From Laetmonice hystrix (Eukaryota), in contig OZ249445.1 of assembly GCA_965235115.1 (NCBI GenBank), positions 13,826,001 to 13,890,000 of the forward strand: a stretch of 64,000 nt of DNA, in the 5' to 3' direction. The position numbers and the translations under genes are program-made. The notes beneath the pieces are model-generated. The model was not told the origin of the DNA. It made no database searches and was given only the letters and a program-made list of their open reading frames with translations. This document shows positions 35,201 through 46,648 of this stretch, one piece after another. Position 1 is the stretch's first letter. Each line of letters starts with the position of its first letter.

Positions 35201-38200
35201 AAGGATAAATGAATCAATCCCAATGGAATACATGACGGTACTAATGCGTTTTTTACAACTTTAATATCAGATTAATACCCGTTTTTGCTTTGTTCATCTG
35301 GTTCAGTTTACTTGCTCGGCTGAAGTAAGAATGCAATATTGAGTCCTCCAATCACACCGATGTCGCCGGTAACATTTCCCAGGTTTTATTAGATAAAGTT
35401 TTCTGAAAATTGCCCTGACCAGGATCTTGCTCAAATACAATGAAATTAAACGACCGCTTTGGCCAGTTATACACAGTATGGGGGCAAGTTAATAACGACC
35501 ATTAATATCATGAGCAGCCATTCATGACTCGCCTGGCTCCATTACCCCCCAGTGGAGTATGTAGGAACCATTATCTTCACTTCATATCAAAGAGTAAACT
35601 TGTGGTCACAATTTACTGGCGTACATCTTTCAGCAATACTTGTCTGACACAGGTCTCATAATTCTCAAAACCTTGTCATATTTTTGTGTTATATGATGCT
35701 TATACTTAAAAGCCCTGCAGTATGTATGCTTATGTTTACCCATTCCGATTGGCTACCATCTGCGTTGCAATTTTGCTAAATGAAAAACTGATTTACAATA
35801 CTTTGAATCTGGTATATTTGGTAATCTCACATCAACACAGTATAAACCCATTCTGCTAAAAGCCAAGCACCCAGCCAACATGGACCTTTTGTAGGTACTG
35901 CTGTAGGATTATGTCAATCCAAGGGTAATATTAAGATAAAACGCACGGGTACTAATGGAAACATTTAATATCAATTATGCAAAGGATATGGAAATACGTT
36001 TGCATATAAATCACATGGCCAATTCAGGTACCGGTGCATCACTTTAATTAGGGACTGTTCATTGAGTTCTCCAAACACATCAACTCTACAAAGCCAGTTG
36101 GCTGATAATTTGAAAATATCGAAAAGAGCGTAGAAAACCGGCTCAGCACTAAAAGGCCTGTTAGTTACCAAGGATAGGGAGTACATGGTTTCCCCCCCCA
36201 CACAAACGACACCTCCCTTAAACCGTAACGATAGTAATGAGTTGGAGCACTCACAGGCATGAGTCAACGAGTTGCGATCCGCTCATCTTGCTCTCTCCAT
36301 CACTTTCCTCCTCCAGATGCTGCTGATGCTGCTGCTGCTGTTGTAGAGGTGCCTCCTGGGGGGCGGGTTGGCGCCAGTGAAACGACTCGTCAGTCGAGCT
36401 GATGCTCGACATGCTAGCCGTCTCACTCCCAAGCTTGCACTGTAACAACCAACTGAAATGTCTCAGTCTCTGACAGGGTCTACTAGGGTTAGGAAGTATA
36501 CGGCGGAATCACATTTTATAGGCAGAATCCAACAAGATACATGTATCTCAATTACTCATGTCATCTAACGCCAACCTGGCTATTCAGCTAAGATACGGTC
36601 AGAATTTTGTGTCTAACATCCTCGCCCTTGTTTGAAGGACACGAAAATGGCGTGTGGAGGCAATGATTACGTCAAGTCGGACACCTCACTGATGAGGTGG
36701 TCCTCATTGATGAGCTGGTCCTCGCTGGAATCTGTCAACAATTCCAATGCACGCTGATTTGATCCTTTACTCGTATTAAAGTTGAATTTTCAGTGGATGG
36801 ACGGAATGCGACAAGTTGTTTGTGCTTGTCTCACAGTGACAACCTCTCGTTACTGTGACTCATTACTGTGACTCGTTACTGTGACTCGTTACTGTGACGG
36901 AGCCCAACCGTTTGGTGGGTTCACACTGCAACTAGCTCCCACCAACTTCTAATTATCGCTCGCTGTGGCGCACCTTATTTCTACTACTGGATTTAGACAA
37001 AAATGTGGTTTCATCACTTTTTGAAAAATGGCCTCATTAAATGACTGATAACCGGGATGAGGTACCGTATTGTTATCTTAAATTAGAATATCGGAGATTT
37101 CTTGGGATGCGAGACCAACTTACGCTTCTTCTGCTATTTTGACCAAATTGCCAAAACTTTCTTTTCTATGAAGGTGCATAGGAATAGGAATAAGATGAAA
37201 TCGCCACAAGCACCCATGAAATAACTCGATGAGATGCTGCAATCCGAGTCTGACTCTAAAACATGTTAGGTTAAATGGTACTTAACGCCTCGGCAACATT
37301 ACATTATTATCCAGAAACTCTGGCAGAAAAATCATGTCCTTCATATTATCCTATATATTAGCGACACAAATAGTTTAAAGCTCTTTAATTACGGCACTCT
37401 TTAACACTAAGTATCATAGGGCCTACATGGACTACTTTTGCATTCATTTACTTACTTCTAGGATTTAACAAGACTCGGTATAAACTTAAAAGTTTACTTA
37501 AGATCAATCGGGAAAAGCTGAATTATTTTACTACTCGATAGGTGTGTCAAGTGGTAGAAGTTGTATAACGTTCATTTCCGCCTTTTCCATTTCAACCGTT
37601 CAGATACGGAACGAAACTCATTAGAAACAATGCATGTGCTCCAGCGGATTCTAACAAGAAATCATTAACCACAAGGAATAAAATCATCAAGACTTACGCG
37701 TTCTAGCTGATTGGCGACACTTTGTCTTTCTGCTTCCAATTCACGAGTCAGCTGCTCGAATTGCGCCTCCTAGCGAATAAAAGAATAAGAAACTCGTTAA
37801 ACTGAAACTCACGTACTTGATGATTGAACAATTCTTGATGCTTGTAGGATATCTGTACGGCAGTGAGGATCCGTGTAGCAGGAATAACTAAGTCACGATA
37901 TGTAAGTCTGAATAACAGTAGGATACAAACGGACAAAATGATCATCAGTGGCGGCTCCCGTTTTAGTTGGGGGGGGGGGGGGGGCGCTACGGGGTGGCTA
38001 CAACATTTGAAGGGAAGGCCATATTGTCTCATGGAAAATGTCATAGGCCTATTTGTTGGCCAATAATTTTGGGGGGCTGAGGGGTGGCTAGAGAATATTT
38101 TGTTGTTGGGGGGGGGGGCCTCAAGCCCCCCCCCCCCCCCAGCCCCTCCCTGGCGCCGCCACTGATGATTATGTACTATAGTCTACTGTAGAAGATCGAG

Positions 38201-41200
38201 TAAACACCGTACATGTACGTGTCGCTGATGTGAACACACATACCACCAAACGCATCATTCCACGTTCATTTGACATTATAGAGCACTAAGGGACTTTCAA
38301 TTCCGCGTTCCTCCCTCTTGGTAAATACATGAACTGGTATTCGCACAAGTCAGAACAGCCTTTGATCTCCCTAACGTACGTTACCTAATGTATTCCAACA
38401 CGACTTTTTCTATTGGTATGTCCTTCGTGGCCTTCTCAGTACAACACACAATCGGTAAAATTCAACTGCTGGGAATCACCCTTTATGCCATTTGTGAGTA
38501 AATATGTGAAACTATAAGAAAAGAAGTCACAGTTGAACTAAATAACTGATACCAGCTGAAAAAGTAGACACCCTACTTTTCGAGATGCCAAGTTTATCTC
38601 ACTAAAGGCACTTGTAATCTGTGACCCGACTTGTTAGGCCATTCATGCACAAACACTTCAGCAAAAGCAAACGTGTTGTGGACAAATCTGGCCTTACTTG
38701 TTTCCTATATAAAAACTGAGCTCCTGGTGCACTTTGCCTGACTAGGTCACACTGGAGTTCTATATAGCGCACATAAACAAATGGCAATCTTTCTAACGGT
38801 AATGATTATACCAGTTCTCTTACAGCCTGGACATTAAGGCAACCACTCATTAGACCTAGCCTTGAAATTGAGTGGCATTATTTGGACTAAAGGCATGACG
38901 GGTACATAGGTGTTTAGTAGCAGTAATGCCATGAGTCTCTGAAAGCCGACTTCCCGTTCCCAAACTCTCTCCCCTCTACCCAGCTAGGATCGAGGGCCAT
39001 TCGCAGCACTTGGTGACCCCAGTTAGCAGGTTTATTACTCAATGGTATTTCTCTGTAACTTTGACACTGAAATAACAATGTAAAACCTGAAAACTAGTAC
39101 TTTCGCTATACTCCTCGGAAAAGCAGACCTTTGGGGTGAGGTTGGGGACTTTCTTGTAAACCACACGAGTGGTGGACCAGTCTCTACGTCACCGACAGTA
39201 AACAAGACAGCAACCTCTGGTGCCCCCTCGGGTCATTATCTGACTAGACCCCACAAGGACTCCTCCACAGTTTATGTTGGTGTCACCAGACACGCCCACC
39301 CTGTCCGTGTCGTTGCTTCAAGTCGCTTATTCCATCCCAAAAGTTGGCCTTCCCTTGCAAGTATGATATCCCTTGATATAAATCAACCATCCTTGATATC
39401 AACATCAATTTAACGGCTTTAAAAACAAGTATAGGTGTTAAAATTATATAAATCAATTTTAACAAAAGGTCGGAATTATGTATTCATATACTCCCCTGCT
39501 TCTCTCAATTAAATTTCACAACAATCTGACTGTGATCAATAACTTTGCAGCAAGATATTTAACGTAACACACACATAACTGTTCCTCTCACATATGCTTG
39601 GCCCAACAGGAGTGGAGACACTGTCGGTTTCATCCGTGAAGACCAGATTCAAACAGTACCCATCCTTAAAATATATCCTCTATCTCTACGGCAAATACCC
39701 AATCTATGCACTCCCAGCATCCTCTTTGACGATGACCAATTCCCGTCTACTCAATTCTATATGCAATATTCTTCAGCAATTTTCCCTCTTATTGCTGGCC
39801 TCGACAAACAAATTGACGCTTAGAGAGAGAGATTAGAGAAGTGGTCCTGAGGAAACTATACAATCTTGCATGGAAATCCTCAGCCCGCTCCATGTGACAG
39901 TGCCTTGGCAGTCATCTACTCAAACAGCCTGAAAAAAAAAAATTAGTGCGGTACTTACAAACTGTGAAATATGAAAGCGTTTAAGATTAGCACTGCTTGA
40001 GTCCTTCGTCGGCCGCATACTCCCTCCTTTGGGAATATACTCCCACTCCACTGCTACATAACTCATCTTGGAAGTTGTGTTAATAAAACCGTCCACAATC
40101 TGTAAACTGAAGTTGAGGTGGCTGAAGTAGAATGTTGACAGGCCGGTGTGTAACCAGACTGACAGTGATGGAGGAGGCTGAGTTACCAGGGTGATGACGA
40201 ACCAGCTGAGATCATGATGGAGGCTATGTAAGAAATGACTGTCGTCACGACAACCCACCATGCTCACACAGGGTTCTCCCTGTTTTTGTTTATATTAAAA
40301 ACAAACTTTAGTATTTCGGGGGTCACAAGGGGGTAAACCGACGGGTCACAGGGGTCATCCCTTGACCCGGACAAAGAAATAGAGATGACTTATTTCCTCT
40401 TCAAAACTGATAGCTGTTCTGTTTTTATTGAAACATGTTGAGAATCCTGTGTCTGGATAAAATCAAACTTTGCTTGCTGATTGTGAGCCCTGTGTGTGTA
40501 GAATCACATGGTGTCTAGACCTGTACGGTGAGGGCCATTACCGGGTGGAAACCGTTTACATGTACTCCACATCTATCTACAGGAGGATACAACTGGCCTT
40601 GACTCCGCATTCCTCGAACCTACCACCCAACAGCTAGCGTTCTGTCAGCAAGTCAATGTGGGGGACAGTTCCGGAGTGAGCCAACCCAACCTTCATCCCG
40701 CTCAGTTCACATTCAACCAGAGCTAAGGACAACATTATCATCCTCCACTCCCAGCAACCCTCAATTCCCACACACCCCTTGCCTTTTTTCTCTTCCCCCC
40801 CCCCCCACATTTTTCCGTTTAATTTTTTCCCCGTCATCGCGATCAGTGGTCCGTTGTTGTCCTTACTCTAATCACGAGTGCTGGTGCACAAACACAGAAA
40901 GGAGGGAAGCTGGGCGATTTAATGTTCAACCAATCATTGCCAGAGTTCAGTGCCACCCGTCAGCTTGAATGGTTTTAAGAGTTTGTGGTCAGTCATCTGA
41001 ACCTAACGGTGGGTGGTGGTGGTTTGGTGGTTTTACGTCCTGTCCGCAACTCTTCGCCACCTTCACGACCACTTTCTGTCTTCTTTTTATTTTTCCGATT
41101 AACATGGGATGATATTGGAGAATTAATCCGGCCCACCAGTCTTATAGATATCCTTTGATATCCAGGTCGGGGGACGGGGCAACCCACAAAACGCAATAGG

Positions 41201-44200
41201 GGTGTGGGAGGGGGGGGGGGAGGGTGCTATAGTTGATCTTTGTCTTCTCGGTACAGTGTTCTATGTCGAGTTGAGCGGAGGTAGGTGGGTAAGGTCACGT
41301 TTGGTTACGTTGAACACTGACATTTGATCACGTAATGAGAATAGTAATTTTGGTTCAGATGAAACAAACGTAAAGAATTTTCAAGACCCTGTGGTTAGTA
41401 CTGGATTGAGCCATATGACACAGAACAGATGCCAGGTATAGATGACGTAACATCGATCAACTCCTCCTTACGTGACGCCTGGTTTAGATTTCAACTCCAA
41501 TAAGACATAAATTACCACGAACATACAAGTTTGTCAAATCGCCTTTCTACACTCCTGTATTTCGGCGAGAATGGAAATCCCTTTTCATCCGCGATCACCA
41601 AAGTGAAACAGATTTGTGTTTAAACATTGTCCTTGACCTCAAGCACCTGTACCAGTTTGAACTTCTCATAATTCCATGATCCTAGAATCACAGTGTACTC
41701 GCATTGCCTCCGCACATGAATCCGTTTTTCTATTCCAAGCTCTTTTTCCTGCAAGGAATGCAACCTAAGCCCCCCACCGTCCCCTTGGTCCCGCCGTCAA
41801 TGGTACAAGTTTCTCTGTACAACGGGCAACTTCAAACCTGCCAGGATATATGACACCCTGGCAGTATAAAATCCTCTCCCTAACTTCAATTTAATAGACT
41901 GACCTCAAGGTAACCCCATCCAGCCTTCTCCATTTCGCTCAAACCACAAAAGGACTAGGAATCAACACTTCATATACAGAATACTCTTTTTAAAACGCCA
42001 GTTTGATCGGGGGGAGCTCTTTACACATATACACATATACACAGAGAAAGAATAAATAAACGCGGGTACTAAACTGTGCACTTTATTGTGCTCCAGTAAC
42101 GTTATAACGTTTCCGGATATTATTGTCCTCCAATCCAAGCAGGAAACCACCTTTGTATTACCGGTATTGGTGAGGAGGCACGCCTCAGCGTTCATGTTCC
42201 TCACGTCAATGTTCCTCAGTCTAAGACAGGGCTGTCACGTCCTTCCACAAATTCACTCCCTGTCACCAAAGTTCAGGAGTTATGTGATAAAATAACGTTC
42301 TACTTCAAACCTGGAAACAGTGCACCATTTAGAGTAACTACCGTTCACACAGCCAACATAATCCAGACTAAAACCGAACCAGGACCTATTATCAATCACA
42401 TTCTTCTATTCCATTTTGTTATTACTGAGAATCAATGGCGGAGTTTTGTAACTCGACAGGAACGTGTTCTATCTAACAAATAGAAATACCACATACCACG
42501 ACACAAAGAAGTAAATGACCCTCCCGAATGCACCCGCTGACCTATAACTCCCCGAGGTCAGTCACCTTTGTAAAGTACTGGTACCCCTTGCCAGTATAAA
42601 GCCATACACAACCGGTAATAGTATAATTACTAGGGGATCCAGATCTCAACTGCTAGGGTTGACCTGCGGTAATTAACCTCGACCTCAACTGCCCCATAGT
42701 CATTTGGTTGCGGTCCGTTGATCTCTAACTAAACAGAATGGGGGTTTAAAAACTTGGGAGAATTCCGCCCACCTTATCTCTGAATCACTTATCGGCAATT
42801 TATCACGACAAAATCTCAGTTAAAGTTATAAACTCCTATGACTGAAAGAAAAGAGGAGAAGGAATGACAGTCCTCCGAGAATGATTCCGGTCTCCGCCAC
42901 AAGATGGCAGTATGGTGCCATCATACTGGGCGTTCCTAGAGCTGCTACCTTTCTAACCGTGACGTAATCACCAGACGACAAAGCTCCGATACTTGTCACT
43001 CACCCCTACTCCATCCATTTGGTCAATCTTCAGAGTTTATAGTTCATCGTTTACGACCTGATCAGGGAGGGTTCTTGGGCAGTCAGAACTCCTCATTTAG
43101 AATTTACGAATTCTTTCTGTTGGATCTAAGCAACAATCCAAATTGCGCCATGGTTGTCGATGGTTTATTTGGGTTCTTCTATCTCCGACCGTTTGTACTT
43201 GTAATATCCTGTCTGAACAAGTACCGTCATCTTCGTCACGTAATGTCTCAATGACAAGGATTCCATGGACATGTCGACTAGAAAATAACTCCCTTTGCAT
43301 TTCTAAATAACAATTTAATAGCCTACCTAGTCCTACCCATTAACCAATTGCCGCACTTCCTGCTACACATTAACTAATTTCCTTCCTTCAATTCGTTACT
43401 TGTAGACCAGGAATGACAGGAAATCTCCTACAGCGGTGTAATATCCTGTAATATCTTTGCCTTCCAATATGGTGCCAATAAAGTTAAGTATAAAGGTCGT
43501 CGATAGAGTACGGAATATTCTTATTTGATAACGGTGAATTGGAAGGCATGTCCTGTGTAACATGTATTTAGCTAAAAAAACCAAAGAAACCCTGACTGAC
43601 GATCGGGTAGTGATGTTATTTCAGTAACAAACTCATGATGATTTCTGCATAATCAACTAACGCACTCGGCTTAGATCTTATCGAGGCTCCGCTACAGGTA
43701 TGGCTTGGTAATAAAAGAAGCCTTTTTATTGTGTTCAACATTCAAACATAGGAATGTGGCTTCTGTTCATACTAACATCTTAAAACTGAATCATTCAATG
43801 TCGTCAATCCCCTCCCCCTGCACACAACGCCCCTTTCTCTCCATAAAAATATATATAATACATAATGCATACTGCCACACTCACAGATAGACAATGGCTT
43901 CAATAAAGAGAAAAGATTCCTGAACATTACCGGTATGTGATATTTTGCAACAATTATTTTGTTCCACTCCTTGAATCACCTATTTCTGGTAAGCTTTAAA
44001 ATCGCTTGGAGTTTGGAAAGGTTTGTGAAACGAAATTTGTTAAGAAAACCCCGTAAAGACATAGCTATGATGCTGGTTCCAAAAATTACTCTCGAGGAGT
44101 GACTTAATACTTTGCTTAATCCTAGACTCTGCGCAGTTAATATCGCCATCCGGGCACGGCAGAACAGACTACTCCTTTTTTTGGTCACATGATTAATCAC

Positions 44201-46648
44201 GTATTAAGGAGCATAATCTTATCAATATGCAAATTATAAATGTCACGTATGCAAGTCAATCTGTAGACTGTATTATCTAAATGCCAAATCTCACAGCTCT
44301 CCATTCAAATGATTCAGAAAATTTAAATATTTCATGCATATCATAACTGTTATGACAATGGATAGAAAAAATATTTACAAAAAGCCTGCCCGTTTGGAGA
44401 CAAATGAGCGAATGAATGATATAAAATGATGATAGGCTAGGCGGTGCGTGCAGTGCTCAATGATAACAGCGATACTGACCTGATACATTCAATATTTGTA
44501 TCCCGTCACACGAGGATGGATCACTCAGCCATCCATCAACAGCACTAATTGTGTTCAAGCTCACATAGTCCTTTTTATGAATTAAAATTATCGTTTATTT
44601 TTACATGCCAACGTATCCCTCTATACACTATCTGGATATACAATGTATTCATTATATGCACACCTTCGAATAGATATACAAATGTACGGGTAACTATCAG
44701 GGGCGTCGGCACAAATACCTAGATCTGCCCCTGCTAAGGCATCGGCAAACCAGACATGGACGGCTCCTGGCTTCAGGCGTGCCCCCCCCTCCCAACTATC
44801 AATACCTTCCGACACCCTTGGTATGTATAATGTGATACTTCTCTACGTGTTTAACTTGAAATTCTCAAGTTGCACTCCGGTTCAATACCTTGATATGGTA
44901 ACAGTTGAGACACTCTACCCCCTGTACTTCTCAACCTCATCTTCCAACTCTAAGGCAAGATACTTTGTAGTCTTTTTAATCCTACTTAAGTACCACAGTC
45001 CTGTGGCTTCTGTAATGTCTGCGGATCAGGCTCCTAAGGTTTAGCACCTTGAAATATCGTTTCGGGAGATAGTTGTATGTACGACTGGAATAATCATCTG
45101 TTGTTCGGTTTGATGACTTATGCACCTATTTCTGGACACTAATAGATTTTAATGATATTAAAAATGGATTCACACCAACATAACCTAGCCAGATCACGTT
45201 AGGCAAAGTGCACCGGTACACGGGCTGTTACCAGCTCACTAATGTTATTTTCCGTGAAAAACACACACCGTGGTCATCTGTTACTCGATCAGTACAGGAC
45301 AAGTGAGGTACTGAAATCTTTCTAACTAAAGATGTGCATCAAACAGTATAACACAATAACCTATCCGGTATACCGAAATATGAGCGATCTTTGATAAGCG
45401 ACAAGCTCCTAGCTGTTTTTCTGTACCCTACTTACATTGCTAGGTATAGGCGAAGCCAAGCGACCGACTGCTGTCATGTGCAGTCCCTCTGCTCTGAATG
45501 TGCCGTTACTTACTCCATGACATTACTCATATAGAACGTTTTGTTTAGTGCTGCCATTGTAGCACATGTAAAGCTACTAGAAATATTCTGACAGCACGAG
45601 CACTTTTCTCGGTGGCAATATTACTCAATTATGCGCGTGACAGACAGTGCACATACAGACGTGGCATGACCAGTCTACATGACATCAATTTGTTTCCTCG
45701 GGTTTGCAGACAACCAGCGACCTATTGAAACGTGCTTGGATCACGACAAAATGGTTGCGACGGAACCGGAGATCTTCCCGCGTTGGCCTACAGCAAGTCT
45801 CAGCATGAGCGACAAGCACTTCACTATCAATATCTGGAGAGCAAAATGTGCAGCCAAATCTAAACTGACACACTCTTCACTGTGTAAATGACACAAGTTA
45901 AGCGCACTGTTTTATGGAGCTCTCTGTCTCCTTTTTACAATTATCTAAGAGATAGATCAAAGACAATCTAGCGGTATTTAAGTTAAGGCAAGATTTAATC
46001 TTATCTTCCTTGTAAGCGTTCTCTGATCCTGTCAAATGTTCGATTTCGTGAGCTTCTTGCAATTCCTTCTATTAACAAACGTGAAATGTTAGAGTCTTTA
46101 CATGTGACTTCAAAGGTCAATCACTTAGTAATATCATTGAGACTTTAAAACGGAAGACTACTACCATTTTGTGTTGAACAATAGCATTTCAGGACATTGT
46201 GAGAATAGGTACCGGGAATACACGAGTTTTTAATATCACCACACGCGATAAATACAATACATGTATATGGCCTTACCATCGCTGTTATAATCTAGCCTGG
46301 TTCACTGACAAAAACATCAGTTATCCTGGCTCCTTTCATACCAAATTGTATTTACTTTCCACTGTTGCCATGGAAACCATCCTCTGAGAACATCTGTGTG
46401 TGAACATTTCTATAATTCTAACGGACAGCCAGGTAACAGCATTGTAAGGCGGATACCACCACCCCGTTCTCCTCCCCGCCTCCAGTTTACTCTTTCACGT
46501 ATTGAGACAAAAATGACATTACCTGTTCTTTGACAGATTGTAGTATACTGGCTGCTGATTCGTCACCATTTACTTGGGGTTCATTCTGAGTGCGATAGTC
46601 CTGCGGTAACGCTCGCTCCTCGTATACAGTGCCCGGCCCCGCTGGCAT
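11074..46648 (-). CDS. CTNND2: Delta-catenin / p120-subfamily armadillo protein, spliced gene model (21 coding exons, 4005 nt, 1334 aa)
   Basis: All 21 exons have AG/GT boundaries with matching intron phases and give one uninterrupted frame. Motifs match vertebrate CTNND2/PKP4 as I recall them: [45 protein letters not shown]; LVDSCLRVLQE; [10 protein letters not shown]; [11 protein letters not shown]; [13 protein letters not shown]; [13 protein letters not shown]; C-terminal DSWV. Probably a single invertebrate co-orthologue of CTNND1/CTNND2/PKP4/ARVCF, so the symbol is the closest match. Confidence 0.95.
11679..11822 (-). CDS. CTNND2: Coding exon 20 ([10 protein letters not shown]...[10 protein letters not shown])
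   Basis: catcttccag| ... CCT|gtaagt, 144 nt, phase 0-0. Confidence 0.88.
11958..12168 (-). CDS. CTNND2: Coding exon 19 ([16 protein letters not shown]...RDDRLR)
   Basis: tttcctgtccaccag| ... CGG|gtacgt, 211 nt, phase 2-0. Confidence 0.88.
14671..14768 (-). CDS. CTNND2: Coding exon 18 ([32 protein letters not shown])
   Basis: ccattcacag| ... AG|gtatgt, 98 nt, phase 0-2. Confidence 0.95.
14909..15002 (-). CDS. CTNND2: Coding exon 17 ([31 protein letters not shown])
   Basis: atcattacag| ... TCG|gtgagt, 94 nt, phase 2-0. Confidence 0.95.
15204..15342 (-). CDS. CTNND2: Coding exon 16 ([13 protein letters not shown]...[23 protein letters not shown])
   Basis: ctttgttgttag| ... CA|gtaagt, 139 nt, phase 1-2; matches CTNND2 GKYAMRDLV...SDDTVTAV. 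Confidence 0.95.
15548..15698 (-). CDS. CTNND2: Coding exon 15 ([22 protein letters not shown]...DQRNKELI)
   Basis: ttgtgttacag| ... G|gtatac, 151 nt, phase 0-1. Confidence 0.95.
15954..16128 (-). CDS. CTNND2: Coding exon 14 ([25 protein letters not shown]...[13 protein letters not shown]); alternative in-frame acceptor at 16107
   Basis: aataacag| or ccaccag| ... GGG|gtgagt, phase 2-0; which acceptor is used is uncertain. Confidence 0.88.
16737..16824 (-). CDS. CTNND2: Coding exon 13, ARM insert loop ([29 protein letters not shown])
   Basis: ctctttattacag| ... AG|gtaaga, 88 nt, phase 1-2; the ORF track shows a different frame. Confidence 0.92.
16996..17228 (-). CDS. CTNND2: Coding exon 12 ([21 protein letters not shown]...[13 protein letters not shown]...PTKA)
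   Basis: ccctgtacag| ... G|gtcagt, 233 nt, phase 2-1. Confidence 0.95.
17528..17688 (-). CDS. CTNND2: Coding exon 11 ([25 protein letters not shown]...NASGIL)
   Basis: gcttgcag| ... AG|gttagt, 161 nt, phase 0-2. Confidence 0.95.
18033..18270 (-). CDS. CTNND2: Coding exon 10, ARM repeats ([12 protein letters not shown]...[10 protein letters not shown])
   Basis: ttgtcatttcag| ... CAG|gtatgt, 238 nt; not in the ORF track because it lacks a start codon. Confidence 0.97.
18555..18690 (-). CDS. CTNND2: Coding exon 9, ARM1 ([16 protein letters not shown]...KAKT)
   Basis: attatatcag| ... AG|gtaggc, 136 nt, phase 1-2. Confidence 0.95.
19111..19240. repeat. Tandem duplication, ~65 bp x2
   Basis: ATTTCCGTGGTCAC...CAGTCATGTTATAC...ACTTTATAACCAGAGTATTGAAAG repeated. 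Confidence 0.92.
20419..20853 (-). CDS. CTNND2: Coding exon 8 ([12 protein letters not shown]...[11 protein letters not shown]), acidic Tyr-rich head
   Basis: ttacttgttccag| ... G|gtatga, 435 nt, phase 1-1; the RSPSIDS motif precedes ARM1 as in CTNND2. Confidence 0.92.
22239..22708 (-). CDS. CTNND2: Coding exon 7 ([10 protein letters not shown]...GGSDRM), D/R/Y/P-rich head
   Basis: ttttttatgtcag| ... G|gtaagt, 470 nt, phase 2-1, open. Confidence 0.9.
24301..24761 (-). CDS. CTNND2: Coding exon 6 ([15 protein letters not shown]...HPSFD)
   Basis: ttgtgacag| ... AG|gtagag, 461 nt, phase 0-2; p120-like TKVVTTR motif. Confidence 0.88.
24966..25179 (-). CDS. CTNND2: Coding exon 5 ([16 protein letters not shown]...PQTKQ); alternative NAGNAG acceptor at 25182
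   Basis: ggctgagcag| ... CAG|gtgaga, phase 2-0. Confidence 0.88.
26715..26750 (-). CDS. CTNND2: Coding exon 4, 36-nt mini-exon ([13 protein letters not shown])
   Basis: Long polypyrimidine acceptor ttttgtgttctcttcgacag|, donor CGG|gtaagt, phase 2-2; completes DSCLRVLQERG, which resembles CTNND2 DSCIRSLQESG. Confidence 0.88.
36255..36439 (-). CDS. CTNND2: Coding exon 3 ([24 protein letters not shown]...polyQ...QLVDSC)
   Basis: ttgttacag| ... CT|gtgagt, 185 nt, phase 0-2. Confidence 0.95.
36846..36897. repeat. 13-bp tandem repeat x4 (CTCGTTACTGTGA)
   Basis: Four adjacent copies with one G>A variant. Confidence 0.95.
37698..37769 (-). CDS. CTNND2: Coding exon 2, coiled coil [24 protein letters not shown]
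   Basis: ttattcgctag| ... CGC|gtaagt, 72 nt, phase 0-0; close to CTNND2 [24 protein letters not shown]. Confidence 0.95.
37946..38164. mobile_element. Non-autonomous hAT-type MITE (219 bp)
   Basis: TIR CAGTGGCGGC...GCCGCCACTG; 8-bp TSD ATGATCAT/ATGATTAT (1 mismatch); internal poly-G and poly-C tracts. Confidence 0.88.
44698..44820. mobile_element. Degenerate hAT-type MITE (123 bp)
   Basis: TIR CAGGGGCGTCGG versus CCGACACCCTTG (2 mismatches); 8-bp TSD GTAACTAT/GTATGTAT (6/8). Confidence 0.7.
46523..46648 (-). CDS. CTNND2: Coding exon 1 ([42 protein letters not shown]); the exon extends to 46702 as 54 nt of 5'UTR
   Basis: Acceptor ttttttccag| at 46702; in-frame TGA upstream of the ATG; donor CAG|gtaatg; conserved SIL.SVKEQ. 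Confidence 0.9.
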
